From a virus (lineage: Duplodnaviria > Caudoviricetes), in the IMG/VR virus record IMGVR_UViG_3300020258_000009, positions 1 to 44,726 of that record: a stretch of 44,726 nt of DNA, one strand, 5' to 3'. The position numbers and the translations under genes are program-made. Position 1 is the stretch's first letter. Every line of letters starts with the position of its first letter. Shown one piece after another: positions 27,456 to 36,254 of this stretch. Below the pieces are notes generated by a model. The model was given only the letters and a program-made list of their open reading frames with translations. It was not told where the DNA came from and ran no database searches.

Positions 27456-28678
27456 TGACAAACGATTTCTCTTGGACTAGTAGATCCACTGGTGGTCCTC
27501 AATACTACGAACCAAACTGGTCTGGATTTATGAACGCCTATAATATAGGTGGGTCTGAACCAGGAACATATAATGTCACCAGAACATATTCGTGGACAAT
27601 TACATTCAACAACTACGGTAGGCAAAAGTTTTGGACTGCTGTTGATGACTATGGTTATGTTTATATCAATGGTGCCTATCAATTCCAGATGGGTGGATTT
27701 GGTGGTCAGTCATCTAGAACTACACCAGGATACTTTTCCCCAGGAACATACACTATCAGTGCTACATCAGTAAACTCTGGTGGTGGTCCTTATGGTGTAG
27801 CATTAGATTGGTATGGATATGATCCACCACCAGCTCCATCTATCACCTCTTTCTATGCTAATCCGAACCCACAGAATAGTGTCAGTGGTACTCCGTTGTA
27901 TTCAACTACATTAAACTGGAACACCAGTGGTGTTGGCATCTCTAATGTTACAATTACTAGTAGTATTGGTGAGAGTTGGAACGTTGGTACTAGTGGTACT
28001 TTAAACATTACTAACTTACCACAATCTAATGCTGATGGAACATCTCCAGCACAGAGAACATATTATATTAGTGCTACCAATGGTGGTGGAACAAGAAGCA
28101 GTAATACCACTGTGTCTGTTCGTAATGATAATACTCCAACAAATTCTTGGACCACATCATTTATTAATCTAGAACCTAATACTCAGACCACTGTTGATAT
28201 TGGTACACTTTCTGGTGTTGATATGCCAACGACAATTTCTACTAGTGGTGTTGGTAACTTTGTTGGTTTGAATAATTCTTTTAGTGGATCTAGAGACTTT
28301 AGTAATGGGCAGACAGTGAGAGTAAGAATTACTTCAGCACCATTTAATACTGATGTATCTGGACTACCACCTAATGCTACGTTCGGTAAAACTAACGACA
28401 AAGTTGTACCCATCACTACACCCACTGGAACTTTCAATGTGACGTTCCAGACTAGAGCACCTCAAATTGCTGAAGGATTTGACTTTGAGGGTAATGATAC
28501 TCCTAATACATTCCCAGACCCAGATATTGATTTGATTACAAACAATCCTTTTGAATATGTTATCACTAATCAAGTTGATATTGACAATATTGAGATTTCC
28601 CAAGAGATCAAAGCGGATGATCCAGATGTACAGGTCAGCATAAATAATGGTACTTGGCAGAATGTAAGAGAGATCTAA
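27455..28678 (+). CDS. Putative fibre tip/adhesin, paralog 3 (PA14-like lectin head)
   Basis: The head contains F..AVDDYGYVYING (PA14-type DD motif) and NSGGGPYGVAL, followed by the same shared stalk. Confidence 0.65.
   Translation: MTNDFSWTSRSTGGPQYYEPNWSGFMNAYNIGGSEPGTYNVTRTYSWTITFNNYGRQKFWTAVDDYGYVYINGAYQFQMGGFGGQSSRTTPGYFSPGTYTISATSVNSGGGPYGVALDWYGYDPPPAPSITSFYANPNPQNSVSGTPLYSTTLNWNTSGVGISNVTITSSIGESWNVGTSGTLNITNLPQSNADGTSPAQRTYYISATNGGGTRSSNTTVSVRNDNTPTNSWTTSFINLEPNTQTTVDIGTLSGVDMPTTISTSGVGNFVGLNNSFSGSRDFSNGQTVRVRITSAPFNTDVSGLPPNATFGKTNDKVVPITTPTGTFNVTFQTRAPQIAEGFDFEGNDTPNTFPDPDIDLITNNPFEYVITNQVDIDNIEISQEIKADDPDVQVSINNGTWQNVREI
27875..27914 (+). repeat. 40-bp perfect direct repeat, copy 2
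   Basis: Identical to 25235-25274. Confidence 0.9.
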
Positions 28679-28679
28679 G

Positions 28680-28889
28680 ATGGCTGTAGAAAGAACTGAA
28701 GTTGTTGATGCTATTGAAGTTAGACCCTTGCTTAAGCAAGTTGGGGTTAGGAAAACTGTGACTACAGCTGTGGATGGAGAAGAGGTAGCAGTTAATTCTT
28801 ACACTCTCTATTTTTCTCAGGGTGATGATATTTCTGCTGAAGATGATTTATTTCAGAACATTGCTAATCATTATTGGAGCACATTATGA
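28680..28889 (+). CDS. Small fibre-associated protein
   Basis: 69 aa (VVDAIEV....QVGVRK......DGEEV......GDDIS.ED...Q.IA...W). Resembles small ORFs that follow fibre genes in marine phages. Confidence 0.65.
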   Translation: MAVERTEVVDAIEVRPLLKQVGVRKTVTTAVDGEEVAVNSYTLYFSQGDDISAEDDLFQNIANHYWSTL

Positions 28890-29062
28890 AAAAATTTCCT
28901 GTGGTATATGACCTTGATCCAAGTTCACCACATTATAAGTCCAGAATCTTTGAAGTTGACGGAGATCAACCACAAGAAATTACAGCAGATAGACCAATTC
29001 AGGTAAGAATCAACGGCGGTCCTTGGGTTGATGTTAGAGAGACTGACCTAAATAACAAATAG
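28886..29062 (+). CDS. Small protein consisting only of the shared C-terminal half-domain (putative cap)
   Basis: ATGA overlap with the previous gene. QEITADRPIQVRINGGPWVDVRE matches QEIKADDPDVQVSINNGTWQNVRE of paralog 3. Confidence 0.7.
   Translation: MKKFPVVYDLDPSSPHYKSRIFEVDGDQPQEITADRPIQVRINGGPWVDVRETDLNNK
29048..29054 (+). promoter_or_regulatory. Possible late promoter variant
   Basis: CTAAATA 35 nt upstream of ATG 29090. Confidence 0.45.
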
Positions 29063-29089
29063 AAATAGCACGTGATAGAGTAGGAATCC

Positions 29090-32000
29090 ATGCCATTTAG
29101 CAGCAGTCCTGTAACAGTAAATCCTGGAGATAAAGTACAGGTACGATACCCAACTCCCAGCACTTGGAATACCCAAGTTACTGTTAATGTGCAAATTGGT
29201 ACTGGATCTGACCCAGACGGTGTTACCTTTGGTACAAAGATTCCTGACGCTACACCACAATCATTCTCTTTTACTGATCAATCTGGATTTACTGGTGCTT
29301 TTAATGGTAGTAGTAGCAGTGGTTCTACGACAGTCTTTGAAAGAAATACCACATATTATTCTCAGGTAATTGATATTGCTAGCATTGAGATTCCTATTCC
29401 TGCTAGTATCTCAGCAGTATCTAACGGTCCTAAGAACAGCAATACAAACAATACAACAGCACAGTTTAGAATCTATAGAAATGGTGCTTTTGATTCTTGG
29501 AGAACTTCTATCAGTGCTAATATTAATAATGGCACTGGTGGTCTACAACCAGGAGATAAAGTACAACTAAGAGTAACTGTTCCTGACTGGTATGTAACCA
29601 GCACTCTAGTATCATTTAGCGTTGGTGATGAGACATTTGGTACTAATATTGGTCAACCATCTACATCATTTACTAGAACCTGGGGCATCACTACTAGAGC
29701 ACAGGATCAAAACATTAACCAGTACGCATTTACTGATAGAGTAGACCAAAAAATTCCTGCTGATGGTGGTAATACCTATCATGCTTACAATGTTCCCATT
29801 AGTGTCATTGATGGTGATGTTGTACTTAGAGCGACATCTACTGGTGATGTACAAATTTCTGCTGATAATACTAACTGGACACAATCTATTGGAGCACAGT
29901 TAATTCAGGGTGATACTCTCTACACTAGAATTGTAAATGGTCCTGGATATACTACAAAGACTACAGGTACATTGAATGTATTTGCTGTTGGTGGAGACAC
30001 ATATAGCAGAGGTGGTAACAATTTTGAGAACACCACGGGTGGTACATATGGAAGTGGTGGTTATCAAGTCACACAAAACCTTGGTACAGTAACAGATAAC
30101 TGGCAGAACTGGACTGAAGTAGATAGATATCCTGATCCTGTAGATGCTGCTCCTATCTTTACCTATGGTGTAAAACTAGGACTTGTAGGAACAGCACCAG
30201 CTCAACAAAATCCTCCATTGTGGATTCCTGGTAACACTTACGTTGTGAGTGGTGGCACTGGTAACTCCATGGTAGTTAAGTTAACTGAAGGTGGTTTTGA
30301 CTATCTTGAGATTGACGATCCTGGTTATGGATATACTATTGGTGATACAGTCAGCATTACTTCTGGTGGAGAAGTTGTACAGTTAACTGTTATTGAATAC
30401 GAGAAGGTTGTTGTATCATCGGACAACCAGCATAATAGAGCAGAACCAGCATTCATGTATTTTGCTGACGTTCCTATCACTGGTCTAGGTACAGAATATA
30501 CCACTGGAATTTACAATGATCTAGAGGCTCCGTACACAAACCTAAACAATAATAATCCTGGTGCTGCTCAAAACTTAGTATCACTGGTTAATGGTCAAGG
30601 CGTCAAGATGACCGCTATTATTGACGGTACTGCTGGTTTTATTAGAAAGAATAATACGGGATCTTGGGTACAGCAACTTACTATTGAAGAGAATGATCTG
30701 ATTAACCTTAAGTTGAGATCAGATATTAATTTTGATAATACACAAATTGCCACTGTAAGACTACAAGGTCCTCCCGATGGTAACCCAACTATTGGTAACC
30801 CAACTGGTGGTCCAGCAAATCCAACATTTGCTGAGAAAACATTTACAATGACATTGTTCACTCGTGAAGCGAGAACAATTCCATATCCATTCCATGCTAC
30901 ACCTGTTTATCTTTCTGATCCTGGTGTTGAGCAAATTGCTGAAGTAAGTATTAGAGGATTAGATGGTCCTACTACAGCACAGATTACTGGTGGTATTGGT
31001 AGTCTCAGTGTTGATGGAGTCAACTGGGGAACATCAATTACAGTTCTTGAAACAAGTCAAACTCTATTTGTCAGACAGAATGCTGACACAGGGTCTGGTG
31101 GTCTAGCAGAGATTACATATAGACTTGGTACAGCAGCTGACATCGCTAATGGTGATGCTATATTTGATACATTTAGAGTCTATACTAAACAATTTAATGT
31201 TATTGGTGATTTTATTACTGAAACATGGTTTGGTAATGGATTCGTAGATTATACTGAGTTTACTATTCCTTCTTTTGCTGGTGATGAATTCTTCCTAGCG
31301 TTAGTTGGTGCTGGTGGTGGTGATGGTGGTGGTGATATTCCTAATAGTTCTGGTGGTCCTGGTGGAGCAGGTAACCTCGTTAGATTGAGAGTTAATATAC
31401 CAGTAGGAACATGGCCTACTAATCAATTTGGACAACCTGATTTTAAATTAAGAATTTATCCTGGTGATAGTGGTGCTGATGGTGATAACTATGTGGTAGG
31501 TTCTGGCGGCGGTGCTGGTGGATTTGGATATGCTTACGGTGGTGATGGTGGTGACTCTGGTCCTGGTGATGCCTCTGGAGGTGGTGGCGGCGGTGGCGGA
31601 GCATCTGCCATCACTCTCACTGATGGAACTCTAATCGCCATGGCAGGCGGTGGAGGCGGCGGTGGTGGCGCTGGTAATGATGCTGCCACACCATTATCTC
31701 TACAGTATGGTAACTATAATGGTTATGGTAGTGCTTCAACTTCTACTATTAATATTAATTTGCCAGGTGATGACGCTCCTGATAGAACTGGACAGGGCGG
31801 TGGTCCTGGTGGTGGCGGTGGTGGATATGATGGATCCGCTGGTACACTGATCAATAGTTACACAGAAGGTGGCACTGTCATACAAACCAGTGATCTAGAC
31901 TCTACTGGTGGTAATGGTGGTGGAACATATTATAATCCCACATATGCTACTCCATTATCAGCAGCATCACCAAGTGGACAAGGCGCTGCTCCTGGAGAAG

Positions 32001-34840
32001 AAGGTGCTGTGTATGTAGAATATTCCCAGCAAGACGTTACACCAAATCCATTCTCATTCACCACATATGATGGTGCTTCAATTCAAGAGACTGTCCTATC
32101 TAATATTGTACAGATTAATGGTATTACAGGTACAGTTCCTGTTACAGTAAGTGCTCCTGGTTTCACGGCAGACGTGAGAGTCTGTAGTGGACCCACTGCT
32201 AATACATGTGGACCATATCAATCCAGTGCTCAAATAGGAAACAATCAGTTCCTTCAAATTAGAGCAACAACAGGCAATCAATTCTTTACAACATTCACTG
32301 TTGCTGTGACTGTTGGTGATACTACTAGCAACTGGGATATCAATACTGGAGCACCACCAGATACTGAACCAAATGTCTATACTATTTCTGATGTTAGTGG
32401 TGCTCCAATTGACACCGAGATCACAAGTGAAGAGATCAATATCTCTGGTATCACTGTACCTGTCTCAGTTACTGCTACAAATGGTGCTGAGGTTAGTGTA
32501 GAAGGAGCAGCATTTGTTAATGGTGCTACTGGTGCCACCATTGAGAATGGTGAGCAGTTTAGAGTTAGAGTAGATTCATCTGTTGACTATCAAGATAGTG
32601 TAACTACACAGGTTACAGTAGGCAATGGTACACCTGTAGACTGGACTGTTACTACTGCTGCTGAATTAGATTCACAACCAGATAGTTATACATGGATTGA
32701 TGAGATTGGTGCTGGTCTCGAAGAGACATTTGAGAGTAATACTAATCTAATCCAAGGTCTTGAGACTACTGCTAACTTTATTGTTGAGCAGGGTTCTGGT
32801 GACCAAGGTCCTAACACAGATCTAGCACGTATCATTAAGAATGGTACATTGCTTGGTGAGGGAGTTACCACAACCACAGTACAAAACTTTGATACATTAG
32901 CACTATATTATACAACTAGTAATGTTGTTGGTGAGAGCAGAGTATTTAATACTAAACTTGGTCTTGCCACTGCTACTACTGGATTCTATGAGACTGAGTG
33001 GAATGTAGTTACTGCTGGTCAGTTTGGTACAACTCCAACTGCTTTCGCCTTTGCTCCAGTCATTGCTGCTGGTAATGAAGTATATGCTGAAGCAGCAGAA
33101 ACTGTCACTATTGGTGGACTATCTAATGGTGTTGCTGTTGGATTGTATGGAACAAATGGAGTACAATTCAATATAAACAATGGTGGTTGGAATGTTTATA
33201 CTGTAAACAGTCAGGCAAACGTAAGCAATGGTGATACATTCCGAGTCAGACTATTATCATCTGGTATTCCTGGATTTACTAGAACAGCCTTTGTCTTTGC
33301 TGGTTCATTTAATACTGGATTCTCAGTACAATCACCTGCTGGTGCTCAAGATCCAATTGTAAGTCAGTGGTATAGTTCTATTACACCATGTAAGTACATT
33401 GGTAACTCATTTAGTGGTGATCAGATTAGAATTAATACTAAGTTTGATGGTCTACCTGTTGGTGCTATCATGCCTGTGTTCCAAGATGGTACTGAGTCTG
33501 ACTTCTGGGGTACACTAGATGGTAAAGCAAACTCTAGATTCCCAAGTTGGGTATACTGTGATGGTGGATACTATGATCCAGCAGAATATCCACTACTCTA
33601 TTCTGTTTTAGGATATGAGTACGGTGCTAAGGTAGTTGGTAGTGATACTTACTTTAGAGTTCCTGATCTTAGAAATAGATATGTCAAGGGCACTGGTGTT
33701 ATTGATGGTAACTCTGCCTCTTCACCTGGATTGAATCCAAGTTTCCAACCAAGCAAACAGTCTGGTTCTCCTGGTAATGCTGAACCTGGAGCATTTGGTG
33801 GCATGTGGTTTGTTGATACAGTTGGTGATCCTGGTGTTGATGAACTAGAACAGGTAGTACAACCTGCTACTGGACAACCAGCACAAGATTCTGAATACTT
33901 TGGTATTGCTCAGGTATCAACAGCAGGATATAATGAAGTTGGTGGTCTAATTGAATTCTTCACATCTGGTAAAGCAACATGTCCTGTTGGACTAGATCCT
34001 GAGAAGATCTATGAAGTACCACTACACTTCCATGATCTAATCTCTGGTGTTCCTGACCCAGGTTCTTTCAAAGGTAGAGTTACCTGGGGTGGTTCTGGTG
34101 GTTTCAGTAGAGATGTCACAGCACCTAATGCTCAGAACATTGGTTCACCTAGTGTAGGTACATTTGAATCATCTGGTACAATCTCATTTAACTTGTGGGG
34201 TTATGCTCTAGAGGATTATGATCTGACTGCTAGTAACCTGCCTGGATCTACTGGTTGTAATGGATCTGGATGGTGGGATGGTAGTACAGGTAACTGGGGA
34301 TCAGGTACTAACCCTGGTTATGAGGGTATTGATGAAGTTGGTGAATATGGTTCTGTTACTATTCAACAGTCTGGTATTGGTAGCACAGAATATAGTGAAA
34401 TCAACTCCTATATTGACCTTGATGCTCAACCATTCACTGGTCAGACAGGTGCTTTTGGTGGAACTAATGCTCGTAAGTTCTTGACTACGGTTGATATCCC
34501 TAGAAAAACAATCACAGTCAAGTCATACAACCCAACCAATAAACTCAAGCACAATCACTATGTCTCGTTAACTGCTATCACTGGTGATAATGTCTATGGT
34601 TATGGTAACAATGAGACTGGTGGTACTGCTAGCACAAACTTAAATAGTTTCTCTGGTGGTATTAATTCATCTGTTGACCTTGAGTTCTCTGCTCTAGATA
34701 TTGGTATTCAGGTTCTTCCTGGTACATTCACACTACAGCAAACCAAGCAGTTGATTCCTGTCCCCGAGTTTTCTCCTCAGGATCAAGTCCCAATGGTTAC
34801 ACCATACGTGTGGTCGAAGTGGATGATCAAGGCATACTAA
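29090..34840 (+). CDS. Long tail-fibre-like protein (1916 aa): tandem beta-rich repeats, a Gly-rich domain and a C-terminal collar domain
   Basis: Repeats of P..F.F...S....I.G....V...NG..W....GD...VR...VG...W.V.T. Polyglycine domain at about 31300-32020. Collar motif LPVGAIMP...WVYCDG......YPLLYSVLG..YG...FRVPDLR. HxH motifs LHFH and KHNH. Ends WMIKAY. Confidence 0.8.
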   Translation: MPFSSSPVTVNPGDKVQVRYPTPSTWNTQVTVNVQIGTGSDPDGVTFGTKIPDATPQSFSFTDQSGFTGAFNGSSSSGSTTVFERNTTYYSQVIDIASIEIPIPASISAVSNGPKNSNTNNTTAQFRIYRNGAFDSWRTSISANINNGTGGLQPGDKVQLRVTVPDWYVTSTLVSFSVGDETFGTNIGQPSTSFTRTWGITTRAQDQNINQYAFTDRVDQKIPADGGNTYHAYNVPISVIDGDVVLRATSTGDVQISADNTNWTQSIGAQLIQGDTLYTRIVNGPGYTTKTTGTLNVFAVGGDTYSRGGNNFENTTGGTYGSGGYQVTQNLGTVTDNWQNWTEVDRYPDPVDAAPIFTYGVKLGLVGTAPAQQNPPLWIPGNTYVVSGGTGNSMVVKLTEGGFDYLEIDDPGYGYTIGDTVSITSGGEVVQLTVIEYEKVVVSSDNQHNRAEPAFMYFADVPITGLGTEYTTGIYNDLEAPYTNLNNNNPGAAQNLVSLVNGQGVKMTAIIDGTAGFIRKNNTGSWVQQLTIEENDLINLKLRSDINFDNTQIATVRLQGPPDGNPTIGNPTGGPANPTFAEKTFTMTLFTREARTIPYPFHATPVYLSDPGVEQIAEVSIRGLDGPTTAQITGGIGSLSVDGVNWGTSITVLETSQTLFVRQNADTGSGGLAEITYRLGTAADIANGDAIFDTFRVYTKQFNVIGDFITETWFGNGFVDYTEFTIPSFAGDEFFLALVGAGGGDGGGDIPNSSGGPGGAGNLVRLRVNIPVGTWPTNQFGQPDFKLRIYPGDSGADGDNYVVGSGGGAGGFGYAYGGDGGDSGPGDASGGGGGGGGASAITLTDGTLIAMAGGGGGGGGAGNDAATPLSLQYGNYNGYGSASTSTININLPGDDAPDRTGQGGGPGGGGGGYDGSAGTLINSYTEGGTVIQTSDLDSTGGNGGGTYYNPTYATPLSAASPSGQGAAPGEEGAVYVEYSQQDVTPNPFSFTTYDGASIQETVLSNIVQINGITGTVPVTVSAPGFTADVRVCSGPTANTCGPYQSSAQIGNNQFLQIRATTGNQFFTTFTVAVTVGDTTSNWDINTGAPPDTEPNVYTISDVSGAPIDTEITSEEINISGITVPVSVTATNGAEVSVEGAAFVNGATGATIENGEQFRVRVDSSVDYQDSVTTQVTVGNGTPVDWTVTTAAELDSQPDSYTWIDEIGAGLEETFESNTNLIQGLETTANFIVEQGSGDQGPNTDLARIIKNGTLLGEGVTTTTVQNFDTLALYYTTSNVVGESRVFNTKLGLATATTGFYETEWNVVTAGQFGTTPTAFAFAPVIAAGNEVYAEAAETVTIGGLSNGVAVGLYGTNGVQFNINNGGWNVYTVNSQANVSNGDTFRVRLLSSGIPGFTRTAFVFAGSFNTGFSVQSPAGAQDPIVSQWYSSITPCKYIGNSFSGDQIRINTKFDGLPVGAIMPVFQDGTESDFWGTLDGKANSRFPSWVYCDGGYYDPAEYPLLYSVLGYEYGAKVVGSDTYFRVPDLRNRYVKGTGVIDGNSASSPGLNPSFQPSKQSGSPGNAEPGAFGGMWFVDTVGDPGVDELEQVVQPATGQPAQDSEYFGIAQVSTAGYNEVGGLIEFFTSGKATCPVGLDPEKIYEVPLHFHDLISGVPDPGSFKGRVTWGGSGGFSRDVTAPNAQNIGSPSVGTFESSGTISFNLWGYALEDYDLTASNLPGSTGCNGSGWWDGSTGNWGSGTNPGYEGIDEVGEYGSVTIQQSGIGSTEYSEINSYIDLDAQPFTGQTGAFGGTNARKFLTTVDIPRKTITVKSYNPTNKLKHNHYVSLTAITGDNVYGYGNNETGGTASTNLNSFSGGINSSVDLEFSALDIGIQVLPGTFTLQQTKQLIPVPEFSPQDQVPMVTPYVWSKWMIKAY

Positions 34841-34843
34841 ATA
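34837..34843 (+). promoter_or_regulatory. Possible late promoter variant
   Basis: CTAAATA overlapping the fibre stop codon, 24 nt before ATG 34868. Confidence 0.45.
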
Positions 34844-34867
34844 GTAAATAAAGGACCCTTGATAGCG

Positions 34868-35800
34868 ATGGCGTTTAATCCAGACGATTTTCAATTTGAG
34901 AGAATCTTACCACCTGAAGAAAGGAAACCTATCTTAGAATGGGATGCTTTGCATCGTCTGATGGTGGTTCGTGTGAAGCAAGAGAATGAGTGGACATACC
35001 TTGCCACCAAGTTGGAACCTCAGGTAAATACCAACCTTCACAATAATCTTCCAGATGAGTGGTCTAATGAAAATGATAGAATCGTAAGTTTCTCTATTTT
35101 TGAGGATGGTCAGCATATCTTTGAGAAGGAAAAGTTAAAATTTGACTTTTCTACAAAAACATCAAAATGGGTAAGATATGAAAAGAATGATCTCACAAGT
35201 TCACAGGTAAGAGAACTATTTGATATTCTCAAGGCAGCACTAGCAGTACATCAGTCTGATAGTGAAATTATCAAATCAAAAGCAATCATTGATGTTGCTA
35301 CTAGACAAGAATATCTTGCCAAGACTGATGAAGAGAAGAAAGCAAACCAAGAAAAACTGCTTCGTTCTTCTGACTGGACACAACTATCAGATGCTACTGA
35401 GAAGTTCACTGGTGAACTAGCATTGTGGAATACTTACAGAACATATCTACGTGATAATATTAAATCACCCGAAGATTTTGATGATGTGCTAGACTATCTC
35501 ATCTGGGATGAAGAGTATAACTGGCCAATTGATCCTTATGCTTATCATGAATTAGATCCAGATCATGAGACTGAGTATCTCTCTATCCCTGCTCATTTCA
35601 AGTTCACTGTGTATGAAGCAGGAACATATACTACCGAGAAGATTGTTGGTAGTGTTAAACAGTCTGCTATTCTTGCTAAACAACGTGAAGCAGATGGTGG
35701 TCTCCCACTCAACAAACAGATCTGGGATAAGATCCAGCAGTACAGCCTCAATGAGGGTCTAACTGGTGCTGTTATCGAAAACTTGAACATCACGGAGTAA
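34868..35800 (+). CDS. Tail fibre assembly chaperone-domain protein
   Basis: LL.SSDWTQL.DA.......W..YR..LRD...WP motif of phage tail assembly chaperones. Follows the fibre genes. Confidence 0.7.
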   Translation: MAFNPDDFQFERILPPEERKPILEWDALHRLMVVRVKQENEWTYLATKLEPQVNTNLHNNLPDEWSNENDRIVSFSIFEDGQHIFEKEKLKFDFSTKTSKWVRYEKNDLTSSQVRELFDILKAALAVHQSDSEIIKSKAIIDVATRQEYLAKTDEEKKANQEKLLRSSDWTQLSDATEKFTGELALWNTYRTYLRDNIKSPEDFDDVLDYLIWDEEYNWPIDPYAYHELDPDHETEYLSIPAHFKFTVYEAGTYTTEKIVGSVKQSAILAKQREADGGLPLNKQIWDKIQQYSLNEGLTGAVIENLNITE

Positions 35801-35804
35801 TATA

Positions 35805-36188
35805 ATGTACGTCACCACAAGAAACTTTATGCAGTGGATTCAGCACTACACTGAAGCACTACAAACCACTATTGTACTACTAAGAACTGTCGGTCCTGAT
35901 GGTGTAGAAGATGCTACTAAAGCAAATGAAATCTACTCAGCATATTATTTGAACATGCAGTCGGAGAACCCTGCTATCTTTGATAAATTATTATATAATG
36001 AGTTTACATTTGTGGAGTTCAGTGATGAAGGATCAGCACAAGACTTCTGTAGAGATAACTTCCCAGCAGTTAAACCAACCGACACTGATTATTTTATTCA
36101 ATACGTTATTTTTACTAATGGACTGTATGGTGGAGGAAACGACGGCACCAAGGGACTGAGAGAACCAGAACCAGAACCACTACCATAA
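35805..36188 (+). CDS. Hypothetical protein (last gene of the fibre module)
   Basis: 127-aa ORF packed after the chaperone and followed by a hairpin. Confidence 0.75.
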   Translation: MYVTTRNFMQWIQHYTEALQTTIVLLRTVGPDGVEDATKANEIYSAYYLNMQSENPAIFDKLLYNEFTFVEFSDEGSAQDFCRDNFPAVKPTDTDYFIQYVIFTNGLYGGGNDGTKGLREPEPEPLP

Positions 36189-36229
36189 CTGGCACAAACC
36201 TCCCACTACGGGAGGTTTTCTGCTATAAT
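36187..36229 (+). promoter_or_regulatory. Early-type promoter: AACTGGCACA box plus extended -10
   Basis: TGCTATAAT at 36221-36229. The upstream box recurs at 42165 and 42615. Confidence 0.65.
36196..36219 (+). terminator. Rho-independent terminator-like hairpin
   Basis: AAACCTCCC-ACTAC-GGGAGGTTT(T) directly after the structural operon. Confidence 0.7.
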
Positions 36230-36254
36230 TACAGGGTAGTCAGCAAGGCAAACG

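Noticed and set aside
25201-28140. Tip paralog similarity as a diversity-generating retroelement (TR/VR pair)
   Set aside because: Mismatches are not adenine-specific and there is no reverse transcriptase in the window.
28679-29089. Readthrough or frameshift fusing a tip protein to the fibre
   Set aside because: Clean TAA/TAG stops, intervening ORFs and separate start signals, with no evident slippery site. Complementation in trans is the simpler explanation.
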